Assembly: GCF_028641065.1 (NCBI RefSeq)
Contig: NC_073402.1
Coordinates: 15,314,001-15,378,000, forward strand
Source: Leucoraja erinacea
Taxonomy: Eukaryota
Reading direction: 5' to 3'
DNA length: 64,000 bases
Position 1 is the first letter of the stretch; each line of letters starts with the position of its first letter. The notes under the pieces were generated by a model. It made no database searches. It had not been told where the DNA came from and worked only from the letters and a program-made list of their open reading frames with translations. Made by a program: the position numbers and the translations under genes. Shown piece after piece: positions 10,907-23,631 of this stretch.

Positions 10907-11994
10907 GAATAGTGTGCAGGGCTACAAGGCAAAAAAGATGAGGGGGAGGGAGAGTAATGGAATTGCTCTGCTGGGAAGCAAGACAAGATGAGACAAGTGA
11001 GTTTATTGTAATGTGGCCCAGGTTGGACAATGAAATTCTTGCATTGCAGCATAGATCAGATGGGCTGAATGGTCTCCTTTAGAAATACAACAAGTATGGC
11101 AAAAGTACACATAGAAAGTTAATGAACTTGCAATGCTTTCAGTTAATGAGCATGGTGGCCGATTGAGAGTACTGGATACAGAGAAGTCTCTGGACCTCGA
11201 CAACATTTACCACATGATTTGCAGCAGCCAACGACAAGGGGCAAGTATGATCTTCTCAGATTCCTGTTTAAATATAATATTGTTTTTGCCAGGTTTAACA
11301 AAAGAACATTTAAAACTGTACACCGTACTTGGAAGATGGTTTTTCTTAATTGCAAAGTTGAAAGAAAAGATTCAATCAAAAATTCATGTTTTGCGTTAAT
11401 CAGTTCATCTTCCGTCCATTAATGTGACAAAAATATGGTCATGAAGAGGCTAAAGCAACAGCAACAGCAACAATAACTCTGAGGAAAGTCTGTATTTTTA
11501 TTGATTTATTTTTCTTGGTGAAAGAGTGAGTTCTTGATATGCAGAAGTTCATTCCTGTATATCCATATAAATCAACATAGCTTGGCACCAAGTGCAGAAA
11601 GCAAAGCCAAGAATCAGAGCTAATCCGAATCTGGACAGATCAGCCAGGCTCTGATGGTTCAGCCAAGAATGATGTCGTTTCCCTCAAAGAAACATTGAGG
11701 ACTGAGCATTTTCCAATAAAAGCATTGTAAAGCAAAACAGACACGCTGCCTTCAACTGCTGCCTTGCAGACATTTTGATTACATTGGCCATTCCAAAACA
11801 TCTGTGAGCTTTTCTAAGTGACTGCCGTAAGAAAGTAATAATGTGTAAATCCAACAGTACACTAATATGGTCATGCTTCTTGAATCATATCTTTTGGCTC
11901 ACATCGCCAATTTTGGGTACGAGTCCATTAGAGTACGCATTGACACAACACAATGAGGTGGAAACCCCAGGTGAATGAAAAGGAATAACAGTAA

Positions 11995-12295
11995 TGCCCC
12001 TGTCCCACTTAGGAAACCTGAACGGAAACCTCTGGAGACTTTGTGCCCCAACCAAGGTTTCCGTGCGGTTCCCGGAGGTTCCCAAAGGTTTTTACCGGGT
12101 CAGTCCTCCCGGCGGCGAAATACCTGTTTCCGACAATACCTGCAACCTCATCAGGATGGGCAACGCACCTGCAACCTCCGGATGAACCCGTAACGGAACA
12201 GGAGTTGGGGAGGGAAGGACTGGGAGACGCGCTAAAGTCTCTTACTGCACAGTCTTTCCGTTCAGTGTTTGGTCATCACTAGTGGGACAGGGGGG
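11995..12295. mobile_element. PIF/Harbinger-like MITE (rearranged)
   Basis: TAA|TGCCCCTGTCCCACT ... AGTGGGACAGGGG inverted termini, the same TIR core as 2540-2763. Confidence 0.6.
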
Positions 12296-12528
12296 GACAT
12301 AAGGAACGGGGAGTGGTTTTACGGGAGGTCACTAAAGTCATTGGTTTTGCGGTTCCCGAGTTTTTTTTGTCACTTTTTTCACCCAGTTAGTGTAAAATTT
12401 GTATCATAGCAAGTGTTGAAATGTTAAGTTTTTGATGAAGAGTGGAATCTTCTCTGATAGTCATAGAGGCAAATAGCAGGGAAACAGCCCCTTCAGCCCA
12501 ACTCGTCCATGCCAACCAAGGAGTTGTC

Positions 12529-12622
12529 GACCTGAAGAAGGGTTTCGGCCCGAAACGTTGCCCGTCTCCTTCGCTCCATGGATGCTGCTGCACCCGCTGA
12601 GTTTCTCCAGCATTTTCGTGTA
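12529..12622 (+). mobile_element. Penelope-derived hammerhead-like unit with a 21-bp flanking duplication
   Basis: CTGAAGAAGGGTTTCGGCCCGAAACGTT...; direct repeat CATGCCAACCAAGGAGTTGTC at 12508-12528 and 12623-12643; sits inside a CR1 3' UTR fragment. Confidence 0.75.
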
Positions 12623-14437
12623 CATGCCAACCAAGGAGTTGTCCATGCCAACCATGGAGAAATATAGCAGAGAAACAGCCCCTTCAGCCTAGCTCATCCG
12701 CACAGATCAAGATGCCCCCATCCAAGCACACAACAAAAACAAGCATTTCACTGTACCTCAGTACACGTGACACTAAACTAAACTAAAGCTAGTCCCATTT
12801 TCCCACATTTGGTCCAAGCCTTTCCTATCCATGTATCTGTCCAAGTTTTTTTTTTTTATTGTTTCTGTACCTGCTGCAACTTTCTCAGCTTGCAACTCAT
12901 TCCATATACTCACCACCCTCTGAGTGAAACATAGTTTTTCTCTTCTTAACACCATTGTCCTCACAACTTCTTGAAAACATACTTTCCCCCACACAACTCT
13001 GACCAGGTTAAGGAGGGTTATGGAAGATTTAACTTTTTTGTTTAAAGCATATTCATTCCCAGGTTGTAGCTGATGCAGTACATAGCCCTTGAACTGAGAA
13101 GCAGTTCAGAATCAATCACATTAATTGCTCTGGAGTCAAGTTGAGGCCAGATCAGATAAGGAAGGCAGAGATCCCTCCATGAAGAAAAGTGGTGAACCAG
13201 ATGAGTTTTACTAACAATCCAATAGTTTCCCAGTGAGTGTGTTATTGAGACCAATTTTTTTATATACATTACAGATTTATTCAACTCTTGACTTTAAATC
13301 ACCCAGAAATTGTGCAATCTGAACTCACTTGAACACTGGATCAGTTGTCCAGGACACTGGCTGCTGGTCCACCAACTTAACTGTTACTGTTATGTAAACC
13401 CTTATGTGGTATGAGTTTACATGGGGTTTAGAACAATACTTTCACATTAAACAACTTATTGATCACAACAATAATGGATGCCCAACCCCTGACTCTCGGT
13501 CTGAAGAAGGGTCTCGACCCGAAATGTTACCTATTCCTTTTCTCCAGAGATGCTGCCTGACCCGCTGAGTTACTCAAGCGTTTTGTTTATATCTCCACTG
13601 GTGGATTTATTTGGTGGAAGGATGCTGATTCAACAATGTACCACAGAGAGACCAAGAAATTCAGTTGCATAACTCCAAACATGCAACTAAACTTTGGACA
13701 TATCCAGAGTTGAACATTTTTGCCCAAACTTATGGATGTAAGAAAGCATGGAGAAATCTAACCCTAATTCTCTGGTGCAGCTTGTATTTGCCCAGGCATC
13801 TTTCCTCTTAAAACCCACCCAGATGATATGAATGTAGATATACAGGTACAATTTACCAGGAGTGAAATTGTCAGCTTCACTGGTTTGAAGAACAGCAGTT
13901 GATACTTACTCAGAAGCCAGCATGGCCTCATACCATTCCAGGATCTTGCCTCTGATCTCTTCCACATCCCACAAGTTGCTGCTCACTGAAAAGAAATGGA
14001 AAATCAACGGCCAAATTTCCCAACTGGTGCTTACATGCCCAGTGAATTCACTGAATCACACAACTCTTGGATGCCTCAAGTAGTGGACTCTTCATCAATT
14101 TTCCCTACAGCCCACAGCTTTCTAATGATCCACAAATTGTTCGAACAGCATGGGAGGAAGTCTCAGGGCCCTGATATTTTTCTGATCTTCCCGTGGCATC
14201 CCTTTGTGACCATTTATGTAGCAGAAGAGGCAGATTGGGGGAAGGTTTTGTCATCTATCCCACAGAGAAAGTGCATTGTTTATCATGGTAGGGGACAACA
14301 CAAGGTCGTTGCATACTATCGAGGCTGTTTAGATGCTACAGCATGCACTGGCATCTTGCCTTATTATGAGGCCAAGGGAGCTGGTGGTACCCATCAACAC
14401 CCTGGTAAAGCACTCTGCGCCAGGTATTCCTTGGAGG

Positions 14438-14649
14438 TTGACACAAAATGCTGGAGTAACTCAACGGGACAGGCAGCATCTCTGGATAGAAGGAATGGGT
14501 GATGTTTCGGGTCGAGACCCTTCTTCAGACTCGACCCGAAACGTCACCCTTTTCTTCTATCCAGAAGTGCTGCCTATCCCGTTGAGTTACTCCAGCATTT
14601 TGCGTCTATCTTCGTCGTAAACCAGCATCTACAGTTCCTTCCTACACAC
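14438..14649. mobile_element. Penelope-derived foldback element
   Basis: Inverted arms ~14440-14530 and ~14531-14610; TTCCTTGG occurs on both flanks. Confidence 0.7.
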
Positions 14650-17600
14650 GTTCCTTGGGGATCACCCACCTACCCAAACTTTAACCAGGCCGTTTCCCCC
14701 ATTACAGAGACTAAACAATGTAGATCATATCCAGTATGGCATGAGGTCATCTAACACAAGAGAGGAATCAAATACCTTCTTTACATTTAAAAGAACTTCC
14801 TTTCTCTGGAGTCATTCCATTATGAGCTTTTTGCTTTTTAAATGGATTGTAAATATGTTGCTAGAACATGTGGCCAGGACTGTGCCCCATGAGAATGGTT
14901 GAAGCTGTTGCCAGCACGCTACTACTGCTTGGCTAGTTTCTGTGCAAAGTAGTGCAGACAATCCCAGTCATGAGGAACGTCTCTCCAAAGCATAAACCTT
15001 CAGAGGACTGGACTTTTCTTCATACAAAATTTTAGTTTATAGCAAAGGAATACCTTTCATTCAGAATACTAACAGCAACATATGTTTTCAGGAAAATGCA
15101 TTCACACCTCATAATGTAGAGGCACTATATGGTATCCATGTGTTTGAACCGTGACTGTAAGAATTGTTGGAATGCCTCCCTTTGGAAGTTATTCACAGCA
15201 GTGACCAATTTTAAAATGTTTTAATTAAATTTCATAAATCTTTTTTTAATCGACATGAATATTTTGGTTATCCCAGAGCTGTGTTAAATGAATGATGGGA
15301 CATTTGAGTCAGTGGAGGATTGATTTGGTGCTTTTGGCAAAGAGAAGTGCCCAGATATTCACCCTTGTTCGGTGGTGTTAAGCATACAATATACCTCTAT
15401 GTTGTACACTGCCTCTGTACGTTATTCCACTGACTTCAACAGGATGAATGAGTTTAAGATGCTGGTACCACTGTGAGCAATTAAGGAGAAAGTCTTAGAG
15501 GTGGTGGAAAACCCCCAAAAATCTGGATTTCTTTATAAATAATACAAAACTATTCTACAAAATAAATTACTGATTTGCCAAGAAACTTCCTTCCAAAGTA
15601 TGAAGTAGGAATGGTCACTGGTGATTCACAAAAGCTCAGTTCCATTGAAGGCTCCTCAGAAAGTTCTGGATAAAACATCCAGAAATAGGTGGATAATTGA
15701 TGATTGACGTTCAAGTTCAAGTTCACATTTATTGTCACATGCACCAATTATGGTACAGTGATATTTGAGTTACCATTCAATCATACAAGTAAAAAAAGAA
15801 TGCAATGCACAATAATTTTAACATAAACATCCACCACAGTGGAATCAACATTCCTCACTGTAATGGAAGGCAATAACGTTCAATCATCTTCCTCATTTGT
15901 TCACACCGGAGAAGTGCCAGTCAGTGACCAAATCTAACAAGAGTTTAGCTATCTACCCATCACAAAAGATTCTATAAGTATATGAAGAAGAAAGGGGTAG
16001 CTAGGCAGAGAAGAGGTCACATTAAGGAACAGTGTGGTCATCTGTGTGGAGAAGAACATTAATTCGGAGAAGGGAACAACAATAGCTAGGAGCACATCAA
16101 CATCATAAAGGACGTCTTGGAGGTCTTGAAATGCTTGAAGATGGAAATGCTTGGGTTATACGGAGAGATTGGATGGCCTGTCTATCTAGATGGCCAGCAG
16201 ATGTGGTCCATGCTTGGAATGTTTAACATTAGAGAGCATATTTTTAAGAGTAGGGCATTTGTAATAAGCTGCCAGAGGAGGTAGTTGAGGTAGAAATAGT
16301 AGCAACATTTATGAAGCATCTGGACATGCATGGAAGGATATATAAATAATAATGCAGGCTGATAGGATTAGTGTACATAGGCATAATGGTCAGCATTGAC
16401 ATGGTGGGTCAATGCAGTACACTTAATAACTACATGATCTTCAATGGTATAGCTTGGTTAAACTCACTCCAGAAACTGAGCACGATATTGGTGAAGCAGC
16501 TTGTGTGATTGGATTCCAATCGACCACACATATTCCTTCCACCACTGGCCCACAATAGCTTTAGTGTGTGCAAGTTCCAAACTGCAATGTAGTTATTTGC
16601 TTCGGCTGCTCCCAAAGCACCTCCCAAACCATGACCTCTATCACCGAGAAGGACAATGGTACCAGCTGCAGCTGCCCATCCAAGCGTCACGTCATCCTGA
16701 ATCACAAATATACTGTTGGTCCTTCACTGTCAGGGGATCAAAATCCTTGAACTACCTCCACAGCAGCTCTTTGGAATTGCCCTCGACGGAACAAGAGCAC
16801 TTTGAGCTGAAACATTAACTCTGTTTATCTTCCCACAGACGTAGTGGGCTGGTCAGTTGAGTATTTTCAGCATTTTCTGTTTTTTTTTAATTTTAGATTT
16901 CCAGTATTTGATATTTTGTTGATTTTCACCACTTATTCAAGGGCAGATCGGATGGACAAAACAAAACATAGTAAGTAAGTAAGTAAGTAAATGTTATTTA
17001 TATAGCGCATTTAAATCAACTCGCGTTGAAAGTGCTTTACATAGAAGAAATTAAGTTTCAATACATCCGTATGAAATAAAAAAGAGAAAAGACACAACAC
17101 ACTATAGAATTTAACATGAACACCCCCCACAGCAGAATCAGCATGTTCCACTGAGAGGGAAGGCACTAAAAAGTTTAGTCCTCTTTCTCTGTGTTTACCA
17201 ATAGTTTTGTCAACTAAGCCCTCATCTAAAAAAAATGGATAATTTTGTTTTAGGTTTATAGTATTTAAGACAGGTTGCTACAACATGGATCTAACACCAT
17301 TGGATCTGGGGTGCAGCTCATTTAAGTTATGGTGTTTTGGCAATCCCCTCGTACCTCATCATACTAAAGGGATTTCATTTAATTTCCTTTCAAAGTTTAA
17401 TTTAACTGTTACTTTGATCAAAAGCCAATGTCTGGTTGAAAGGAAATTGCTCTTCTTGCCTGATACTGAAGCAAACTCACAATGGAATGAAGACTGGGAC
17501 AAATAACCCCTCTGGCTTCAGGTTTCACAGAAATAGGTCTCTTTGATGGCATTGTCACAGTAGGCCACACAATTCTGAGAGCATGCTGAATATTAGCAAT

Positions 17601-19361
17601 GAACATTTCACTCACATGGTTGCTCAGACCTCTTGCACAAACCCTGCATAGGTATAAGATATATCTCACATTTTATATCTTCTTACAGTAGTGATGGAGG
17701 CCATTCAACCCACTGAGTCTGGGCCAGCACTCAGAGCAATCCCATCAATCTAATTTACTTTTTACAACCCGTTCTCTCTCATAAAACAATCAACTCCAAG
17801 CTCTAGTTGAAGTACGTTATAGTCCTCCAACCAACAAGACTGAGGTGTGGAAAGAAACTCTGACAGAAATCCATGGAGAACATGCAAACTCCATATAGAC
17901 AGTGTTGGTGGTTGGGATTGAACCCAAGTGACCGGGGCTGTGAGGCAGCAGACCTGTGGCTCTGCTGTGTTATCCCATTAAAGCTACAGGTGGGTAGAGA
18001 CCCCCAATGTGAAGTCAGAAAATCAAGTATAAGAAACATATTACTTAAGACCAAATATAAATTTTGATTTATCTCCTCTCATAGAGTCAAAGACATGAGC
18101 ATTCATGATCAGGACAGCTTTTTATTACCCATGTGTACATGGCTTTGGTAAGATGGTGGCCACTGAATTACATCTGGAAGATCTCATGCCACAGTGCTGT
18201 ATTGTTTCAATAATCTTGATGGCCATGATGAAGGAGGGATGAATATTATCATGTCAGGACATTGTGAAAAACACAAAGTGCTGGAGGAACTCAGCGGGTC
18301 AGGCAGCATCTTCATAGGGAAAAGGACAGTTCATCTCCAATACTGCTCATTCCTTGAGCAGTAATGAGCTGCGAGTCTTACCTGAAAGATGAACATGCTT
18401 GAAAATGTAGTTGGCATTTCATAAGGTAGATCAACTTGCCGAAACTGATAATCCCACACATACGTGTTACAGATGGATAATGTTCAGGCCAACGCACCAT
18501 GGCCACATTTTCCCAATGCTGTGGGATTCAAGCTTGATTGCAATACTCCCATATTACTCAACTGATGTTATCTAATTTAACACAGACGATGGACATATCC
18601 GATTGAATGGTAAGGAAAATGATGATGTGGTCATCAAAACCTTCAAGAAATAATTCATGATAGAATGAGTAATGGATTTGGTTCCAGAGTGGAAATAAAA
18701 TGAAGGCAAACACAAATCCTTGCTTCTTGACTGAGATTCATCAATGGAATCTGGAACTGGAATCAATTTAGAGTCCCCAGCATGACTTTGTTACGTAATT
18801 AAATCTCTGTTTAAAAAATGTAATCAGGTCTGGTCAAGGAATGTGAGAGACCTTTAAAAATGCCTGTCTCTCCTCCGGAAATTAAATGTAAATCTGAATG
18901 TTTGTTCCTTGGTGCCTGGATGCTGTATAGTACGTATTGAGCCAATCTCATGCAGCAGATAGTTTAGAAATGGACCCGGAGAAATGTTATTCTTCCCATT
19001 CTTCAAATAAGGTAACAATAGTGGCCTGTTAAATATGCCCAGCATTTTCAGTATTGAAAAATCTTCATAATTTGTTTTTGAATAAAAAATAAACTGCTTC
19101 CCTAAGTTATCTGCAGGTTCTGTGATGATTTTTGTAAGTTTCCACTCATAAAGGAAGCAATTGCTCAGTCAGAGTTGATGTCAGTGGTACCTTCAAGCTG
19201 TGATTTCAACTGACCCCCAAAACACAGGCAGGCTACTTAGTGAGAGCACCAGTAAAACCTTAGGCAATGGGGTCAGAAGGAAAATACACCAAAGTCTGGA
19301 GTCAGACCAAATACAAAGGAACATTATTGTGGGTCTCCTTCAGACATTATAGCAGGAATGA

Positions 19362-20364
19362 AATTGAATTGAATTGAATTGAATTCCTTTATTGTCATTC
19401 AGACCTTACGGTCTGAACGAAATTTCGTGCCTGCAGTCATACATACAATGATACAATAATAAACAACAATAAACACAAATTAACATCCACCACAGTGAGT
19501 CGTCCAAACACCTCCTCACTGTGGTGGAGGCAAAAATCTTAGGGCTGCAGTCTCTTCCCTCTGCTCCCTCTGCGCTGAGGCGATTCCCCACCGGGCGATG
19601 GTATAAACAGTCCCGCAGCTCACCGAACCCCGCGAACGGGCCGGTTCAAACACTGTGGCCCGGGGTGGTCGAAGCCGTCGCACCTCCAGTCCAGCACACG
19701 CAGCCGCCGGCCCGCGGCTGAACCCAGGACTCTGGACACCGCCGCCAGAACGTCGTCCCAGCCACCGGAGCACCGTCCCAGCCCCCGGACCGGATCGCCC
19801 TCACGTGAGTACCGTTCCACCCTCAGGCTGGGCCACTCCAGCGGGAGTGCCGTTCCTCCCTCGGGCTGGGCCACTCCGACGGGAGTGCCGTTCCTCCCTC
19901 GGGCTGGGCCACTCCAGCGGGTGTGCCGTTCCTCCCTCGGGCTGGGCCACTCCAGCGGGAGTGCCGTTCCTCCCTCGGGCTGGGCCACTCCAGCGGGTGT
20001 GCCATTCCTCCCTCGGGCTGGGCCACTCCAGCCCCTCACCAGGCCGCTCTCACGGGAGCACCGTTCCATCCCGGGCTGGGCCGGGAGCGAGCCCAGGACG
20101 AGTCCTGTCAGCTGCCCCCAGAGACCCGAGGTCGCCGGCTCCGCTAGGCCTCAGCGTAGACGGAGGCAAAGAAGGGGGATACGACAAAAACGTCGTATTC
20201 CCCCGAAGGGAGTGACAGCAGCCCCCGTTTCACCCCCCACCCCACATAAACACAGCATAAAAACCAAAAACATAACTAGACAAAACGAAAAAAAACAACA
20301 CAAATAGTAAAAGACAAACGGACTGCAGGCGAGCCGCAGCCGTTCCCAGCGCCGCCACTTCCGG
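19362..20364 (-). mobile_element. Non-autonomous retroelement with a Rex1-type 3' end
   Basis: Minus strand begins CCGGAAGTGGCGGCG and ends GAAATTTCGTT...ATGACAATAAAGG(AATTC)n, like the Rex1 3' end at 34581-34630. No RT motifs. Confidence 0.65.
19810..20031. repeat. 38-bp GC-rich minisatellite (~6 units)
   Basis: Unit GGGCTGGGCCACTCCAGCGGGAGTGCCGTTCCTCCCTC, tandemly repeated inside the element above. Confidence 0.95.
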
Positions 20365-20995
20365 ATTTCAATGCTCAATGCTCAGGCAATCCATTTTCAG
20401 GCCCTCCATCACTGTCTTTCCTTCCAGCATGAAGTAAGCATTGAGAATGTTTTGCTTTTTAAGGTTGCAATTCTTCAGAGAGTGAAGAATTATGTTCAGA
20501 CGTGGGCTGAACAGCGGCAAGTAACATTCCAGCCTCATAAGCACCAACCTATGACCTTGTACATCGAGCGAGTGCCTGAACACAAACCTTTGCATTTAGC
20601 AGTATTACCACTATCAGTATCTGATGAGACACCACTGAATCACACTGGAGGCGCGAGCCAGGTTTCTGCACAGCTCCTCCCAAGCATGAAACCACTGTCA
20701 TCTGGTAGGTCAAAGAAACAAGGTGCATGTGAAATAGTAAATTGTGTGCGTTGCTTAAGAGCTAAAACACACAAAAAATAGTAATATGCAGCAGTTCACA
20801 GGTTCACAAGTTATAGGAGTAGAATTAAGCAATTTGGCCCATCAAGTCTACTCCGCCATTCAATCATGGCTGATCTCTGCCGCCTAATCCAGTTTTCCTG
20901 CCTTCTCCCCATAAACCTTGCCACCCATTCTCATCAAGGATCTGTCTTTCTCTGCCTTAAAAATATCCACTGACATCTCCACAGCCCGCTGTGGC

Positions 20996-21821
20996 GACCT
21001 AATCTGTAAGTTTTGAAGAGTTTGCCTTTGACTCATACTTGCAGCATGGTCGACACGAGGTCCTAGGAGGTCTTTGTAACTCTCCTTCATGCTCGAGTGT
21101 AGTCCCCGCGTACTCGAGGCCTCAGCTAGGTCGCGGCGGATTTTTCCAACATGCTGTAAAATGCACGTGAGAAAAAAAAGGTCGCCATGTAAAAAAATCG
21201 ATATTTTTTTACTCTTAGGTTTAGTCGAGGTAGGTCGTAGTAGGTCGGCATGCTGTCCTAGGTAATCGAAGGTAATCAAACGTAGTCGAAGGTAAAGCTC
21301 GTTGAGAAAAAAAAGGTAAGTAAACCGACCGGTAATGTTAAATGCCCGCTAAACTTTATTAAACATTGTCTGGCTTCTTAAACGTGTCTCCACTTCTTCT
21401 CCCTCCCTTCTCTCCCCTTCTATCCCCTCCTCTCCCCCTCTCTCCCCTTCTCTCCCCCCCTCACTCCACGCTCTCTGAAGGACTCACCGTACTGTGACAG
21501 CCTTTTTTACCTTCCTTTTCATCGCGGGTGTGAATTTCAGACATTGCTCCCTCATTTTCNNNNNNNNNNNNNNNNNNNNNNNNNNNNNNNNNNNNNNNNN
21601 NNNNNNNNNNNNNNNNNNNNNNNNNNNNNNNNNNNNNNNNNNNNNNNNNNNNNNNNNNNNNNNNNNNNNNNNNNNNNNNNNNNNNNNNNNNNNNNNNNNN
21701 NNNNNNNNNNNNNNNNNNNNNNNNNNNNNNNNNNNTCCAGCTCAAGGTTTTTCAGGCAAGTGCCCTCGAGCTTGAAGGTCGGAGACAGTCGCTTGAAGGT
21801 CATGTCAGTGGGACAGGCCCT
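20996..21821. mobile_element. Harbinger-like non-autonomous element (left TIR missing, spans a gap) inside a CR1 3' fragment
   Basis: Right end AGTGGGACAGGCCCT|TAA; CR1 3' sequence on both sides (~20800-20995, ~21825-21910). Confidence 0.55.
21560..21735. other. Assembly gap
   Basis: Run of N. Confidence 1.
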
Positions 21822-21914
21822 TAAGGAAATTCTTCCTCACCTCCTTTCCAAAAATAGTGTCCTTTAATTCTGAGACTATGACCTATGGTCCTAGACTCTC
21901 CCGCCAGTGGATGC

Positions 21915-22275
21915 ATGGACCCTTCCAGGGGGTCGGAGGGGCTGTGTCGAGAGGGATAAACAAAGTAGAGCAGCCTCTGAGGAAAAGGGATAGGAGGACA
22001 CTGGAGAAGATGTGACTGGTGGTGGGATTACATTGGAGTTGACGGAAATAACAGGATGATGTGGAGGTTGGGGGTTGGACATTGAGAGCAGACATGTGGA
22101 AAATGGAAGAAATAGGTGGGAGAAGCCCCGTTCAATATGGAAGAGCAGAAGCCATATTTCAGGACAAAGGGATAATTTCAGAATCTCCTGAGCAGAAGGT
22201 CTCACCTTGAGAACAGATGCAGTGGTGAAGGAGTAAAAGAAATGGAACCCTTAAAGGGGATAGAGTGGGAGGTGA
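21915..22275 (-). pseudogene. Penelope-like element ORF remnant (RT thumb to GIY-YIG linker)
   Basis: FRQLQCNPTTSHIFSSVLLSLFLRGCS resembles the vertebrate PLE motif FRHLQRDPTTxHIFPSPPLSAFRRDRSL; upstream HCICSQGETF resembles RRICSxxExF. Confidence 0.65.
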
Positions 22276-22282
22276 GGGATGA

Positions 22283-22602
22283 TTTTAGAGATTAGAGCTA
22301 CAACATGGAAACAAGCCCTTCGGTCCCCTGACATCACCTTTGATCTCCCGTTCACACTGGTTCTATGTTATCCAACTTTTGTATCCACTCCCTACACACT
22401 AGAGGGAACTTACAGAGGCCAATTAACCTACAAACACACACGCCTTTGGGGTGTAGGAGGAAACCGGAGCGCCCGAAGGAAACCCACATGGTCACCGGGA
22501 GAACGTGCAAACTCCACACGGAGAGCACCAGAGGTCAGAATCAAGCCTGGGTCTCTGGCGTTGTGAGGCAGCAGCTCCAACAGCTGTGCAATGGTGCCGC
22601 CC
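22283..22602 (-). mobile_element. tRNA-derived V-SINE (HE1-like)
   Basis: GGGCGGCAC head with A/B boxes, V-domain (GTGGAGTTTGCACGTTCTCCC..GTGGGTTTCC..TCCGGTTTCCTCC) and CR1-like tail. Confidence 0.8.
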
Positions 22603-23311
22603 TGAATAACCATGGATTTCAAATAGTTGTAAAACACAACAAATATATTAAAAGTGTCTCTGTAACATATTCCTGTTGAAGGACAACATTGTGCTACACC
22701 ATTTAAATTGAGATTGCATGTTTGTTGAGACAGCTGATTGGGAAATCACAGGCCTATACAAGATATTACCTATCCATTGAAAGTCTGTGGAAAATGATGT
22801 CCTGCAGACAGTTAATATGCCAGAGTTCTGTGCAGCTGCTGCACGAATGTACAGCTTAGCTTTTGCACCACTGCACTTCCACTGTAATTATTTTCTCTCG
22901 CATGACATCACAATTATTCACGGCTGTATTTTAGTTGCTGATTGTTTTGGTATCCGTGCCGGGTTTATCCTGGTTTCAGTGCTTGAAACTTACGTAGATA
23001 GGATGCAAATGGTATTTCCTCTCAGTTAATGAGATGGCAGCCTTCTTTTGATCTATGTACATATGCTGTGGTCAGTCACCGAACTAGGCAAGTGAATTAT
23101 ACTGTAGGCATGATGAGTTCATGGCCACTGTTTGAAAAAAGTGATGTTTAGAGCTCATCGACTGGAAGGTGCCAATGCTAGGTGTTACAAGAGAACAAGG
23201 ATCTGACTAGTAGAACAGTAAAAGGCTCACTCGTCTGTTTAGTTACAAATCAGTTTTATTGGCAATAGAGAGAACAAAACAATACTTGTCTTGGTATGCG
23301 CGGGGTCTGTT

Positions 23312-23631
23312 NNNNNNNNNNNNNNNNNNNNNNNNNNNNNNNNNNNNNNNNNNNNNNNNNNNNNNNNNNNNNNNNNNNNNNNNNNNNNNNNNNNNNNNNN
23401 NNNNNNNNNNNNNNNNNNNNNNNNNNNNNNNNNNNNNNNNNNNNNNNNNNNNNNNNNNNNNNNNNNNNNNNNNNNNNNNNNNNNNNNNNNNNNNNNNNNN
23501 NNNNNNNNNNNNNNNNNNNNNNNNNNNNNNNNNNNNNNNNNNNNNNNNNNNNNNNNNNNNNNNNNNNNNNNNNNNNNNNNNNNNNNNNNNNNNNNNNNNN
23601 NNNNNNNNNNNNNNNNNNNNNNNNNNNNNNN
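23312..23631. other. Assembly gap
   Basis: Run of N. Confidence 1.

Noticed and set aside
13996-14502. 168-aa ORF with an ATG start
   Set aside because: No recognisable domain, and its C-terminus is read from a Penelope-derived repeat; most likely a chance ORF.
19620-20307. Several long repetitive ORFs, and a superficial CRISPR-like periodicity
   Set aside because: A by-product of a GC-rich 38-bp tandem repeat with no spacers; 38 is not a multiple of 3; eukaryotic context.
20621-20660. CTGATGAG motif as a possible hammerhead
   Set aside because: No stem II followed by GAAA and no helix III.
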